From the NCBI RefSeq assembly GCF_030028105.1, contig NC_092371.1, forward strand, positions 13,971,884-14,035,883: a stretch of DNA of 64,000 nucleotides, written 5' to 3'. The first letter of the stretch is position 1; every line of letters starts with the position of its first letter. This DNA is from Mobula birostris. Its lineage: Eukaryota. Under the pieces are notes generated by a model. That model was not told the origin of the DNA, searched no databases, and saw only the letters and a list, made by a program, of their open reading frames with translations. Below, one piece after another: positions 12,380 to 23,728 of this stretch. The position numbers and the translations under genes are program-made.

Positions 12380-15300
12380 CAGCTAAATGAAGTGTGAATG
12401 AGAGGCGAGAGTGGATATTGGACCGATGGAAAACGATGCTGGATAGGTAGCAATGGGGGATAATGAACTGGTGGACGAACTGAATAAGTATTTTGCATTA
12501 GTCTTCATTGTGGTATACACTAGTAATATACAGGAAGTTTCTGGAGTCAGTGGTAATGAAGTGTGTGAAGTTGCACAAGGTTTTTGGGAAACTAAAAGGT
12601 CTGAAGGTAGATACATCACCTGGACCAGATGGTGTACACCCTAGAGTCCTTAAAGAGGTGGCTGAAGAGATCGTGGAGGCATTAGTATTGATCTTTCAAG
12701 GATCACTAGATTCTGGAATCGTTCCAGAAGACTGGAAAATTACAAATGTCACTCCAGTCTTCAAGTAGGGATAGAGGCAGAAGAAAGGAAACTATAGGCC
12801 TGTTAGTCTTACCGTAATGGTTGGGAAGATGTTGGAGTGAATTATTAACAATGAGGTCTCAGGGTACTTGGAGGGACATGATAAAATATGCTACAGTCAG
12901 CATGGGAACATCTTGCTTGACAAATCTGTTGGAATCCTTTGAAGAAATAACAAGCAGGATAGACAAAAGAGAATCAGTTGATGTTGTGTACTTGGATTTT
13001 AAGAAGGTATTTGGCAATATGCCACACACGAGACTGCTCAACAAGCTACGAGGCAATGATATAACAGGAAAGAGAAAACAGTGGCTGATTGGCAGGAGGT
13101 AAAGAGTGGGAATAAAGGGAGCTGTTCTGGTTGGTTGTGGTTGGCTAATGGTGTTCCTCAGTGTTCTGTGTTGAAACTAATTTTTTTTTACATTATATGT
13201 CAATGATTTGAACGATGGAATTGATAGCTTTGATGCACAGTTTGCAGACAAGATGAAGATAGGTAGGGGGTAGGCGGTTCTGAGGAAGTAGAGGGGCTAC
13301 AGAAGGTCTTAGACAAAGTAGGACAATGGGCAAAGAAATGGCAGATGGAATACAGAGTAAGGAAGTGCATGGTCATTCACTTTGGTAGAGTAAATGAAGG
13401 GGTTGGCTATTTTCTAAATAGAGAGAAAATACGCAAAACTGGGGCGCAAGGAAATTGGGAGTCCTTGTGCAGGATTTCCTAAAGGTTAATTTGCAAGTTA
13501 AGTCTGTGGTGAGGGCGGCAAATGCAATGTTAACATTCATTTCAAGAGGACTAGAATATAAAAGCAAGGGTGGAATGTTGAAACTTTATAAAGTACTGGT
13601 GAGGCCTCACTTGGAGTGTTGTGAGCAGTTTTGGGCCCCTTATCTTAGAAAGGATGGGTTGAACTGGAGAGGGTCCAAAGGAGATTCACGAAAACGAATC
13701 CAGGGTTGAACAGCTTGTCATACGAAGATCGTTTGATGGCTCTGGGCCTGTATTCACTGGACTTAAGAATGATGGGTAAGCACATTATCGCATGGTGAAA
13801 GGTCTTGATAGAGTGGATGTGGAGACGATGTTTCCTGTGGTGGGAGAATCTAAGACCAGAGGACACAGCCTCAGAATAGAGGAGCATCCTTTTAGAACAG
13901 AGATGAGGAGGAATTTATCTAGTCAGAGGGTGGTGAATCTGTGGAATTCTTTGCCACAGGCAGCTGTTGAGGCCAAGTCTTATTTATATTTAAGGCAGAG
14001 CTGTCCCGGTCCGTTCCCTCAATTCCTTATTCCGGGTTTTCTTGTTTTCCCTTGTTCGATTGGGTGCCTTAATTGAGGCACCTGATTCTCGTTTTGGGCT
14101 GGCACATAAATACCCCTCAAACCAAGGATTCCCTGGTGGATTGTTCCCTTCCCCTTCCTTCTGAAGCCTCGCCTGCATCCCTGTCAAGTTCAACCGCCGG
14201 AATGAGACCAGAGCCTTGCCACTCCAAGAATAGGAACTATCTCTTTGTGCTCCCGTGTTTAGTATCCTTGTCCAAGAAAAAGTCCCGGCCCTGCGTCCTA
14301 TAAGGAGTCCCGGCTCCAGGCCCAAGAGCCTAACCAAGCCATGTCCAAGAGACGAACCAAACCTAGCCTAAGAGCCTCGTCCTGCCTTAGAATTACCTCA
14401 CCCAGCCCAGGAGTTACCTTGCCCAGCCCAGGAGGTACCTCGCCCTGTGCTGGAGTTCCGTCGTCCTGTGCTGGAGTCCCTTGGCAGTTCCCTCAGCAAG
14501 TGTCCTCGGCAGTCATCCCGGCCCTGCGTCCTGGAAAGGGTCCCGGCTCCATACCCAAGCCGAGTCCAAGAGCCGAGCCAAACCTAGCCCAAGAGCCACG
14601 TCCTGCCCTGGAGTACCACATCCAAGTCTCTGAGTGTCCAGTCCACGTCCAAGGCTCTGTGTTCCAAGACCAAGCCCAGGGGCCGTGCTCCATCTCTGTC
14701 CAAATCTGAACTTCGTGTCCTCATCTAGTTCCATTTCCTCGCCCAGCCCCATGCTGGAGATTCATCGTCTTGTGCTGGAGTATCTCGTCCTGTAGCCAAG
14801 ATTCTAGACCCAAATCCTAGCCTAAACCCGGGATCCGGTTCTGAGTCAGATCCAGTTTCCGAGTCCCAACCTGGAACCAAGACCCAGGTTCCAGGTCATT
14901 GTCCAGGCTCTGGAGTTCCGTGTTCCTAGTCCAGGCTCCTCGTTCCTAGTTCTCCGTCTGGGTCCCGTGTCTCTAGTCCAAGTCCTAGCGCAGGCCCTGA
15001 ATCCTAGTCTCGTCCAGGGGCTATATCAATGTCCAGTGTCGTTTCTTCCTGACTCCCCTTGCTATCTCGATAAACCTTGTCGTGTTCCAGTACTTCAGTG
15101 TCTATGTCTTGCATTTAGGTCCGCTCCCAACTCCCACTTTATGTCAAGAGGTTGATAGAGTGGTCAGGTATAAAGGGATATGGGGAGAAGGCAGGAGATT
15201 GGGGCTGAGAGGGAAGTTGGATCAACCATGAAGTCATGGCGGAGCAGACTCATGGGCCAAATGACCTAATTCTGCTCCGATATCCCGTTGTCAGTATTCC
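12380..15300 (+). mobile_element. Degraded CR1 LINE ORF2 and 3' end (interrupted by the solo LTR at 14002-15146)
   Basis: TSPGPDGVHPRVLKE, SCLTNLLE, RPHLECC and VVNLWNSLP fragments. Confidence 0.85.
14002..15146 (+). mobile_element. Solo LTR (related GC-rich family)
   Basis: TGTCCCGG...TTATGTCA ends; shares the 3' block cttcagtgtct..tcttgcattt.ggtcc; TSD AGAGC/AGAGG; splits a CR1 3' end (taaggcagagg|ttgatag). Confidence 0.78.
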
Positions 15301-18000
15301 ATCTGCTATTTCTTTGTCCAGTCTCCTAATGGACATCTCCTATGTCCTTTTGTAGCCTACCTACATCTTCAAAACTACCTCCCCCTCCACCTGTCTACAT
15401 ATCGTCTGCAAACTGTGCAACAAGGTTATCAATTCCATCATCCTTATCATTGACATATAAAGTAAAAAAAATCTGTCCCAACAAAGATTACTTTGGAATA
15501 CCACTAGTCACCGGTAGCCAACCAGGGAAGGCTCCTTTTATGTCCACTCTTTATCTCCTGCCAATTAGCCACTGCTTTATCAAAGTTAGAATCTTTCCTG
15601 TAAATACCATGGGCTCGTAGCTTCAGTAGCCTCATGTGTGGGACTTTGTCAAAGGCCTTCTCAAAATCCAAGTACACAACATCAATCGATTCTCCCTTGT
15701 GTACCCTGCTTGTTATTTCTTCAAAGAATTAAAGCATAGAAACATAGAAAAACCTACAGCACAATACAGACCCTTCGGCCCACAATGCTGTGCCGAACAT
15801 GTAGTTACTTCAGAAATTACCTAGGGTTACCCATAGCCTCTATTTTCTGAGCTGCATGTACCTATCCAGGAGTCTCTTAAAAGACCCTATCGTATCCGCC
15901 TTCAGCACTGTTGCCGGCAGCCCATTCACGCATTCACCACTCTCTGCGTTAAAAACTTACCTCTGACATCTCCTCTGTACCTACTTCCAAGTACCCTAAA
16001 ACTGTGCCCTCTCGTGTTAGCCATTTCAGCCATGGAAAAAAGCGTCTGACTATACACACGATCAATGCTTCCTAATATCTTATACACCTCTATCAGGCCA
16101 CCTCTCATCCTCTGCCGCTCCAAGGAGGAAAGGCCGAATTCATTCAATGTATTCTCATAAGGCATGCTCCCTAATCCAGGCAACATCCTTGTAAATCTCC
16201 TTTCCACCCTTTCTATAGTTTCCACATCCTTCCTGTAGTGAGGTGACCAGAACTGAGCACAATACTCCAAGTGGGGTCTGACTAAGGTCCTATAAAGCTG
16301 TAACATCACCTCTCGGCTCTTCAACTCAATCCCACGTTTGATGAAGGCCAATGCACCATATGCTTTAACCACAGAGTCAACCTGCACAGCAGCTTTGTGT
16401 GTCCTATGGACTGGGACACCAAGATCCCGTTGATCCTCCACGTTGCCAAGAGTCTTACCATTAATACTATATTCTGCCATCATACTTGACCTACCAAAAT
16501 GAACCACCTCACACTTATCTGGGTTGAACTCTATCTGCCACTTCTCAGCCCAGTCTTGCATCCTATCTATGTCCCGCTTTAACCTCTAACAGCCCTCCAC
16601 ACTATTCACAACACCCTCGATCTTTGTGACAGCAAACTTACTAACCCATCCCTCCACTTCCTCATCCAGTTCATTTATAAAACTCACGACAAGAGGTCCC
16701 AGGACAGATCCCTGAGTCACACCACTGATCACTGACAACCATGCAGAAAACGGCCCATCTACAACCACTCTTTGCCTTCAATAAGAAAGCCAATTCTGGA
16801 TCAACAAAGCAAGGTCCCATTGGATTCAATGCCTCCTTTCTTTCTCAATAAGCCTTGCATGGGGTACCATATGAAATGCCTTGCTGAAATCTATATATAC
16901 TACATTTACTGCTCTACCTCCATCAACGTGTTTAGTCACATCCTCAAAATTTCAATCAGGCTCGTAAGGCACGACCTGCCTTTGACAAAGCTGTGCTGAC
17001 TATTCCTAATCATATTATGTCTCTCTAAATGTTCATAAATCCTGCCTCTCAGGATCTTCTCCATTAACTTACCAACCACTGAATTAAGCCTCATTGGTCT
17101 ATAATTTCCTGGGCTATCTCTACTCCCTTTCTTGAATAAGGGAACAACATCTGCAACCCTCCAATCCTCTGGAACCTCTCCCGTCCCCATTGATAATGCA
17201 AAGATCATTGCCAGAGGCTCAGCCATCTCCACCCTTGTCTCCAGCAGCAGTCTGTGGTACATCTCATCCGGTCCTGGAGACTTATCCAACTTGATACTTT
17301 CTATATTCTTTCTCAATATCTATATACACTCAAGCTTTTCAACCGCTATAAGTCATCCCTACAATCGTCAAGATCCTTTTCCGTAGCGAATACTGAAGCA
17401 AAGTATTCATGAAGTATCTCCGCTATCTCCTCCGGTTCCATACACACTTCTGCACTGTCACACTCGATTAGTCCTATTCTCTCACGTCTTAAACTTTTGC
17501 TCTTCACGTAGAGCACCTTGGGGTTTTCCTTAATCCTGCTCGCGAAGGCCTTCTCATAGCCCCTTCCTGCTCTCCTAATTTCATTCTTAAGCTTCTTCCT
17601 GCTAGCCTTATAATCTTCTAGATCTCGATCATTGCCTAGTTTTTGGAACCTGTCGTAAACTTTTCTTTTCTTCTTGACTAGATTTTCAACAGCCCATGTA
17701 CACCACGGTTCCTGTACCCTACCATCCTTTCCTTCTCTCATTGGAACGTAACTTATGGAAAACACCACACAAATAGCCCCTGAACATTTGCCACATTCCT
17801 GCCGTACATTTCCCTGAGAACATCTGTTCCCAGTTTACGCTTCCAAGTTCCTGCCTGATAGCTTCATATTTCCCATCACTCCAATTAAATACTTCTCTAA
17901 GTTGTCTGTTCCTATCCCTCTCCAATGTTATGGTAAAGGAGATAGAATTGTGATCACTATCTCTAAGATACTCTCCCACTGAGAGACCTGACTCCTGATC

Positions 18001-19730
18001 TGTCACATGCGGTGCAGGGAACAGACTCAAATGCAAGACACAGGCACTGAAGTACAAGGAACAGGACTTGAAAAGAGTAGGCACGTGACAGGATTCAGGC
18101 AAGGAGCAGGGAGAAGAACGTAGACTTGGGCTAAGGAAAGCGGGAACAGGACTAGGAATCGTGGACTAGGAGACAAGGCTTGGACTCCGAAGCCGAGACG
18201 GGACAAGGACCCAGCACCTGAGTCTTACCTTGGGCTCGGACCCCAGAACCAGGCAAGGACATGACATGGCTTCAGGACAGGACGTGGCTGGAGTCTAGAG
18301 GCCTGAGCTTGGAGACAAGACAAGGCTCGGACTCCGAGCCCGAGACTGGACAAGGACATGACTTGGCCGCCGGATCCTCGAGGGGCCTGGGCCCCGGGAG
18401 CTTGGCCGCCGGATCCTCGAGGGGCCTGGGCCCCGGGAGCTTGGCCGCCGGATCCTCGAGGGGCCTGGGCCCCGGGAGCTTGGCCGCCGGATCCTCGAGG
18501 GGCCTGGGCCCCGGGAGCTTGGCCGCCGGATCCTCGAGGGGCCTGGGCCCCGGGAGCTTGGCCGCCGGATCCTCGAGGGGCCTGGGCCCCGGGAGCTTGG
18601 CCGCCGGATCCTCGAGGGGCCTGGGCCCCGGGAGCTTGGCCGCCGGATCCTCGAGGGGCCTGGGCCCCGGGAGCTTGGCCGCCGGATCCTCGAGGGGCCT
18701 GGGCCCCGGGAGCTTGGCCGCCGGATCCTCGAGGGGCCTGGGCCCCGGGAGCTTGGCCGCCGGATCCTCGAGGGGCCTGGGCCCCGGGAGCTTGGCCGCC
18801 GGATCCTCGAGGGGCCTGGGCCCCGGGAGCTTGGCCGCCGGATCCTCGAGGGGCCTGGGCCCCGGGAGCTTGGCCGCCGGATCCTCGAGGGGCCTGGGCC
18901 CCGGGAGCTTGGCCGCCGGATCCTCGAGGGGCCTGGGCCCCGGGAGCTTGGCCGCCGGATCCTCGAGGGGCCTGGGCCCCGGGAGCTTGGCCGCCGGATC
19001 CTCGAGGGGCCTGGGCCCCGGGAGCTTGGCCGCCGGATCCTCGAGGGGCCTGGGTTCTTAGAGCTCAAAGACGGACTGGGAACCGACCATCAACATAGAG
19101 CCAGGACTTATCCTTCGACAAGCCAGGACTCAACTTCATCTCCACACCAAGGTAGAACAGGTCTCCCTATCAGATAACGGTAGATTGGCCAGACTTACCC
19201 GACAGAGGCAAGGACAAGACAAGACTGGTCTCTCTGCAGGGCAACGTCAAAACGGCCTGACTTACCCCACAGAGACGAGGATAAGAGACAACACCAAAGA
19301 ACGACAGACAGTTCCATGTCTGCTCCAGGATAACTCCAACAACCTCAGCTAGCTACAGAAACAGCTAGATCCCTACCTAGCTCCGAATGGCTGGCAGCCA
19401 CTCAGCTGGCCCGGGAAGGAACTGAATCCATACCGCAAATACTACTCCAACAATTAGCAACAAGGCCCCATGAAGCAGTGGTCTCTCAACCAGGCCTAGA
19501 GATCACAAATTTTTCCCCTAGCCTTCCATCAGCAGAGTGATCTCAAAGGAACTGACAAGACAAACCAGCAGCCCACACTCAATCCCAAGGCTACTTATAT
19601 TGCAAGCCGAAAGATGGGAATCAGGTGCCTATGATTAACTCAAACAAGGGACATCTGGAAGATCCGGAGTCCTGAGTCCACGGACCGAACCGTGAACCGG
19701 AATGCGGACTTCACGGACCGGACCATGACA
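18001..19730 (-). mobile_element. Solo LTR of the same GC-rich family, containing the 39-bp array
   Basis: Termini match the family ends (minus strand TGTCATGG...GTGACA); near-perfect TSD TGATC/TGACC; interrupts a CR1 ORF2. Confidence 0.82.
18362..19054 (+). repeat. Perfect 39-bp GC-rich minisatellite, ~17.8 copies (CTTGGCCGCCGGATCCTCGAGGGGCCTGGGCCCCGGGAG)
   Basis: Read directly; 31/39 GC; explains the repetitive ORFs at 18261-19098. Confidence 0.97.
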
Positions 19731-20368
19731 TGACCACGTTAATTTCCCAGATTAAGTACAGCTTCTCGTCTTGTAGGCTTATCTACATATTGTGTCAGGA
19801 AACCTTCTTGAACACACCTAACAAACTCCACTTCATCTAAACCCCTTGCTCTAGGGAGATGCCAATCAGTATTAGGGAAATTAAATCTCTCATCACGACA
19901 CCCCTGTTATTATTACACCTTTACAGAATCTGTCTCCTTATCTGCTCCTCGATGTCCCTGTTACGATTGGGTGGTTTATAAAAACACCCAGTAGAGTTAC
20001 TGACCCTTTTCTGTATCTAACTTCCATCCATAGAGACTGAGTAGACAATCCCTCTATGACTTTCTCCTTCTCTGCAGCGTTGACGCTATCTCTGATTAGC
20101 AGGCCACGCCCCACCTCTTTTGCCTCTCGCAGCCCCCCGTCGTTTCTGAAGCATCTAAAGCCTGGCGCTCTAAGTAACCATTCCTGACCATGAGCCATGC
20201 AAGCCTCTGGAATGGCCACAATATCACAACTACAAGTACTGATCCACGCTCTAAACTCATCCACTTTGTTCATAATGCTTCTTGCATTAACACGGACACA
20301 TCTCAAACCATCAGTCTGAGCGCATCCTATCCCATCACCTGCCTATCCTCCCTCTCGTACTGTCTCCA

Positions 20369-23300
20369 TGTCATGGTGCGGTCCGAAGTCCGCATTGCGG
20401 TTCACGGTCAGGTCCGCGGACTCTGGACTCCGGGTCTTTCGGCTGTCCCTGGTTTCGGTTGGACTTAACCATAAGCACCTGATGCTCAACTTGGGGCTGG
20501 GAATATAAGTAGCCCTGGGAGAGAGTGTAGTAGCTGGGTCGTTTTGCCAGTCTCATCGTGGAGTAACCCACTGGTGGAAAGCTAGTGCAGTCATCGAGAT
20601 ATGCATTTGGCTGTTTTGTAGCCCGCCGAGGTTACCGACCGCCTTGAGTCTTGAAGCAACGCCGACCTGGCTCCCTTCCTGTTCCTTATCTCTGTCAGGT
20701 AAGCTAAGCCGATTGACGTTACCCTGCGGTTGGGTCTGCCCCTTCCTGTCCCTTGCCTCCATTATATAAGCCAGGCCATTGACCCTTCCCCTGGTATTGG
20801 GTCTACTCCTCCCTGTCTTTGCCTCCGTGGGGTGGAGTCTCGCGTTCTGCCCAGGACTTGCCTCGAAGTACCCCGAGCCCGGTCACGTCTCCGCCTGGTC
20901 TCCATGACCCCGAGCCCGGTCACGTCTCCGCCTGGTCTCCATGACCCCGAGCCCGGTCACGTCTCCGCCTGGTCTCCATGACCCCGAGCCCGGTCACGTC
21001 TCCGCCTGGTCTCCATGACCCCGAGCCCGGTCACGTCTCCGCCTGGTCTCCATGACCCCGAGCCCGGTCACGTCTCCGCCTGGTCTCCATGACCCCGAGC
21101 CCGGTCACGTCTCCGCCTGGTCTCCATGACCCCGAGCCCGGTCACGTCTCCGCCTGGTCTCCATGACCCCGAGCCCGGTCACGTCTCCGCCTGGTCTCCA
21201 TGACCCCGAGCCCGGTCACGTCTCCGCCTGGTCTCCATGACCCCGAGCCCGGTCACGTCTCCGCCTGGTCTCCATGACCCCGAGCCCGGTCACGTCTCCG
21301 CCTGGTCTCCATGACCCCGAGCCCGGTCACGTCTCCGCCTGGTCTCCATGACCCCGAGCCCGGTCACGTCTCCGCCTGGTCTCCATGACCCCGAGCCCGG
21401 TCACGTCTCCGCCTGGTCTCCATGACCCCGAGCCCGGTCACGTCTCCGCCTGGTCTCCATGACCCCGAGCCCGGTCACGTCTCCGCCTGGTCTCCATGAC
21501 CCCGAGCCCGGTCACGTCTCCGCCTGGTCTCCATGACCCCGAGCCCGGTCACGTCTCCGCCTGGTCTCCATGACCCCGAGCCCGGTCACGTCTCCGCCTG
21601 GTCTCCATGACCCCGAGCCCGGTCACGTCTCCGCCTGGTCTCCATGACCCCGAGCCCGGTCACGTCTCCGCCTGGTCTCCATGACCCCGAGCCCGGTCAC
21701 GTCTCCGCCTGGTCTCCATGACCCCGAGCCCGGTCACGTCTCCGCCTGGTCTCCATGACCCCGAGCCCGGTCACGTCTCCGCCTGGTCTCCATGACCCCG
21801 AGCCCGGTCACGTCTCCGCCTGGTCTCCATGACCCCGAGCCCGGTCACGTCTCCGCCTGGTCTCCATGACCCCGAGCCCGGTCACGTCTCCGCCTGGTCT
21901 CCATGACCCCGAGCCCGGTCACGTCTCCGCCTGGTCTCCATGACCCCGAGCCCGGTCACGTCTCCGCCTGGTCTCCATGACCCCGAGCCCGGTCACGTCT
22001 CCGCCTGGTCTCCATGACCCCGAGCCCGGTCACGTCTCCGCCTGGTCTCCATGACCCCGAGCCCGGTCACGTCTCCGCCTGGTCTCCATGACCCCGAGCC
22101 CGGTCACGTCTCCGCCTGGTCTCCATGACCCCGAGCCCGGTCACGTCTCCGCCTGGTCTCCATGACCCCGAGCCCGGTCACGTCTCCGCCTGGTCTCCAT
22201 GACCCCGAGCCCGGTCACGTCTCCGCCTGGTCTCCATGACCCCGAGCCCGGTCACGTCTCCGCCTGGTCTCCATGACCCCGAGCCCGGTCACGTCTCCGC
22301 CTGGTCTCCATGACCCCGAGCCCGGTCACGTCTCCGCCTGGTCTCCATGACCCCGAGCCCGGTCACGTCTCCGCCTGGTCTCCATGACCCCGAGCCCGGT
22401 CACGTCTCCGCCTGGTCTCCATGACCCCGAGCCCGGTCACGTCTCCGCCTGGTCTCCATGACCCCGAGCCCGGTCACGTCTCCGCCTGGTCTCCATGACC
22501 CCGAGCCCGGTCACGTCTCCGCCTGGTCTATTTTTGGGGTCCGAGCCTGAGTCAAGACCCAGGTTCTGGGTCCTTGTCCAGTCTCTGGCTCGGAGTCCAC
22601 GCCCAGACTCCTTGTTCCCAGTCCCTCGTTCTGCTCCTGCTTCTCTAGGCTTGTCTGTTTTCCTGTCGCTACTCCTAGTCTGCATCCAGTCCCATCCCTA
22701 ACTGTAGTTCTCTAGTCAAGTCCTGTTCATAGAACTTCAGTGTCTGTGTCCTGCATTTGGGTCCGTTCCCAACACCCCCCATTATGGCAGGACGAACCAG
22801 CCATTCATGGACCCAGCAACACAGACACTGTTGTCTAACTCGCGTCACTTTGGATTCCCTCCTGATTGTATACCCCCCACCCAACCTGGCCGAGTCATCC
22901 TTAGTCCTGGAGAGCCGCTTCAGTCGCCCGGAGGCTCCCATATGGGGGGGGGGGGGGGTGTTACTGTCTTGGTCTTGTCTGAAGTCCGCATTCCGGTTCA
23001 CGGTCCGGTCCGCGGATACTGGACTCCGGGTCTTCTGGCTGTCCCTGGTTTCGGTTGGACTTAACCATAAGCACCTGATGCTCATCTAGGGGCTGGGAAT
23101 ATAAGTGGCCCTGGGATCGAGTGTGGTAGTTGGGTCGTCTCTTCAGTCTTCCCTTGGAGCAACCCACCGGTAGAAGGCTAGTGCAGTCATCGAGATATGG
23201 ATTTGGCTGTTCTGTAGCCCGCCGAGGTAACGGCTGCCACGAGTCTTGGGGCAACCCCGGACCTAGCTCCTTTCCTGTCCCTTGCCTCCGTCGGGTAAGC

Positions 23301-23728
23301 CAGGCCATTTGCCGTTACCCTGCGGTTGGGTCTATCCCTCTCTGTCCTTGCCTCCGTGGGGTGGAGTCCCGCGTCCTGCGCAGGAATTGCCTCGAAGTAC
23401 CCTTTCCTCGCCATGTCGTCGTCTAGCCTCCCAAGAACCCAAGCCTCGCCACGTCTTCGCCTGGTTTTAGTGTCCGAGCCCAAGTCAAGACCCAGGTTCT
23501 GGGTTCTTGTCCAGTTTCTGGCTCGGAGTCCACGCCCAGGCTCCTTGTTCCCAGTCCCTCGTTCCGGTCCTGCTTCCCTAGCCTAGTCTATGTTCCTGGT
23601 CCTACTCCTAATCTGCAACCAGTCCCATCCCTAACTCTAGTTCTCTAGTCAAGTCCTGTCCCTAGTACTTCAGTGTCTGTGCCTTGCATTTAGGTCCGTT
23701 CCCAATGCCCCCCCCCCGCATTGTGACA
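20369..23728 (+). mobile_element. Miniature non-autonomous LTR retrotransposon (Gypsy/chromovirus-derived, TRIM-like): LTR1 20369-22789, internal 22790-22964, LTR2 22965-23728
   Basis: Two homologous repeats with TGTCA/TGTCT...TGGCA/TGACA ends. Identical 5-bp TSD CTCCA at 20364-20368 and 23729-23733. G15 polypurine tract at 22944-22958 just before LTR2. ATGGACCCAGCA (MDPA, gag-like start) at 22807. Confidence 0.85.
20871..22529 (+). repeat. Perfect 37-bp minisatellite, ~44.8 copies (CCCCGAGCCCGGTCACGTCTCCGCCTGGTCTCCATGA)
   Basis: Read directly, with no unit variation seen. It lies inside LTR1. Confidence 0.97.

Noticed and set aside
5758-17316. Reverse-transcriptase ORFs as functional genes
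   Set aside because: All are fragmentary, with frameshifts and stops; they are dead CR1 copies.
18362-19054. Synthetic polylinker or vector contamination (BamHI, XhoI, ApaI, SmaI sites in each unit)
   Set aside because: The unit grades into native LTR sequence on both sides and sits within a TSD-flanked element; the sites follow from high GC content.
18261-19098. Long 246-266 aa ORFs as real proteins
   Set aside because: They are produced by a stop-free 39-bp tandem repeat.
20871-22529. CRISPR-like array (37-bp repeats)
   Set aside because: Repeats are contiguous with no spacers, the context is eukaryotic, and no cas genes are present.
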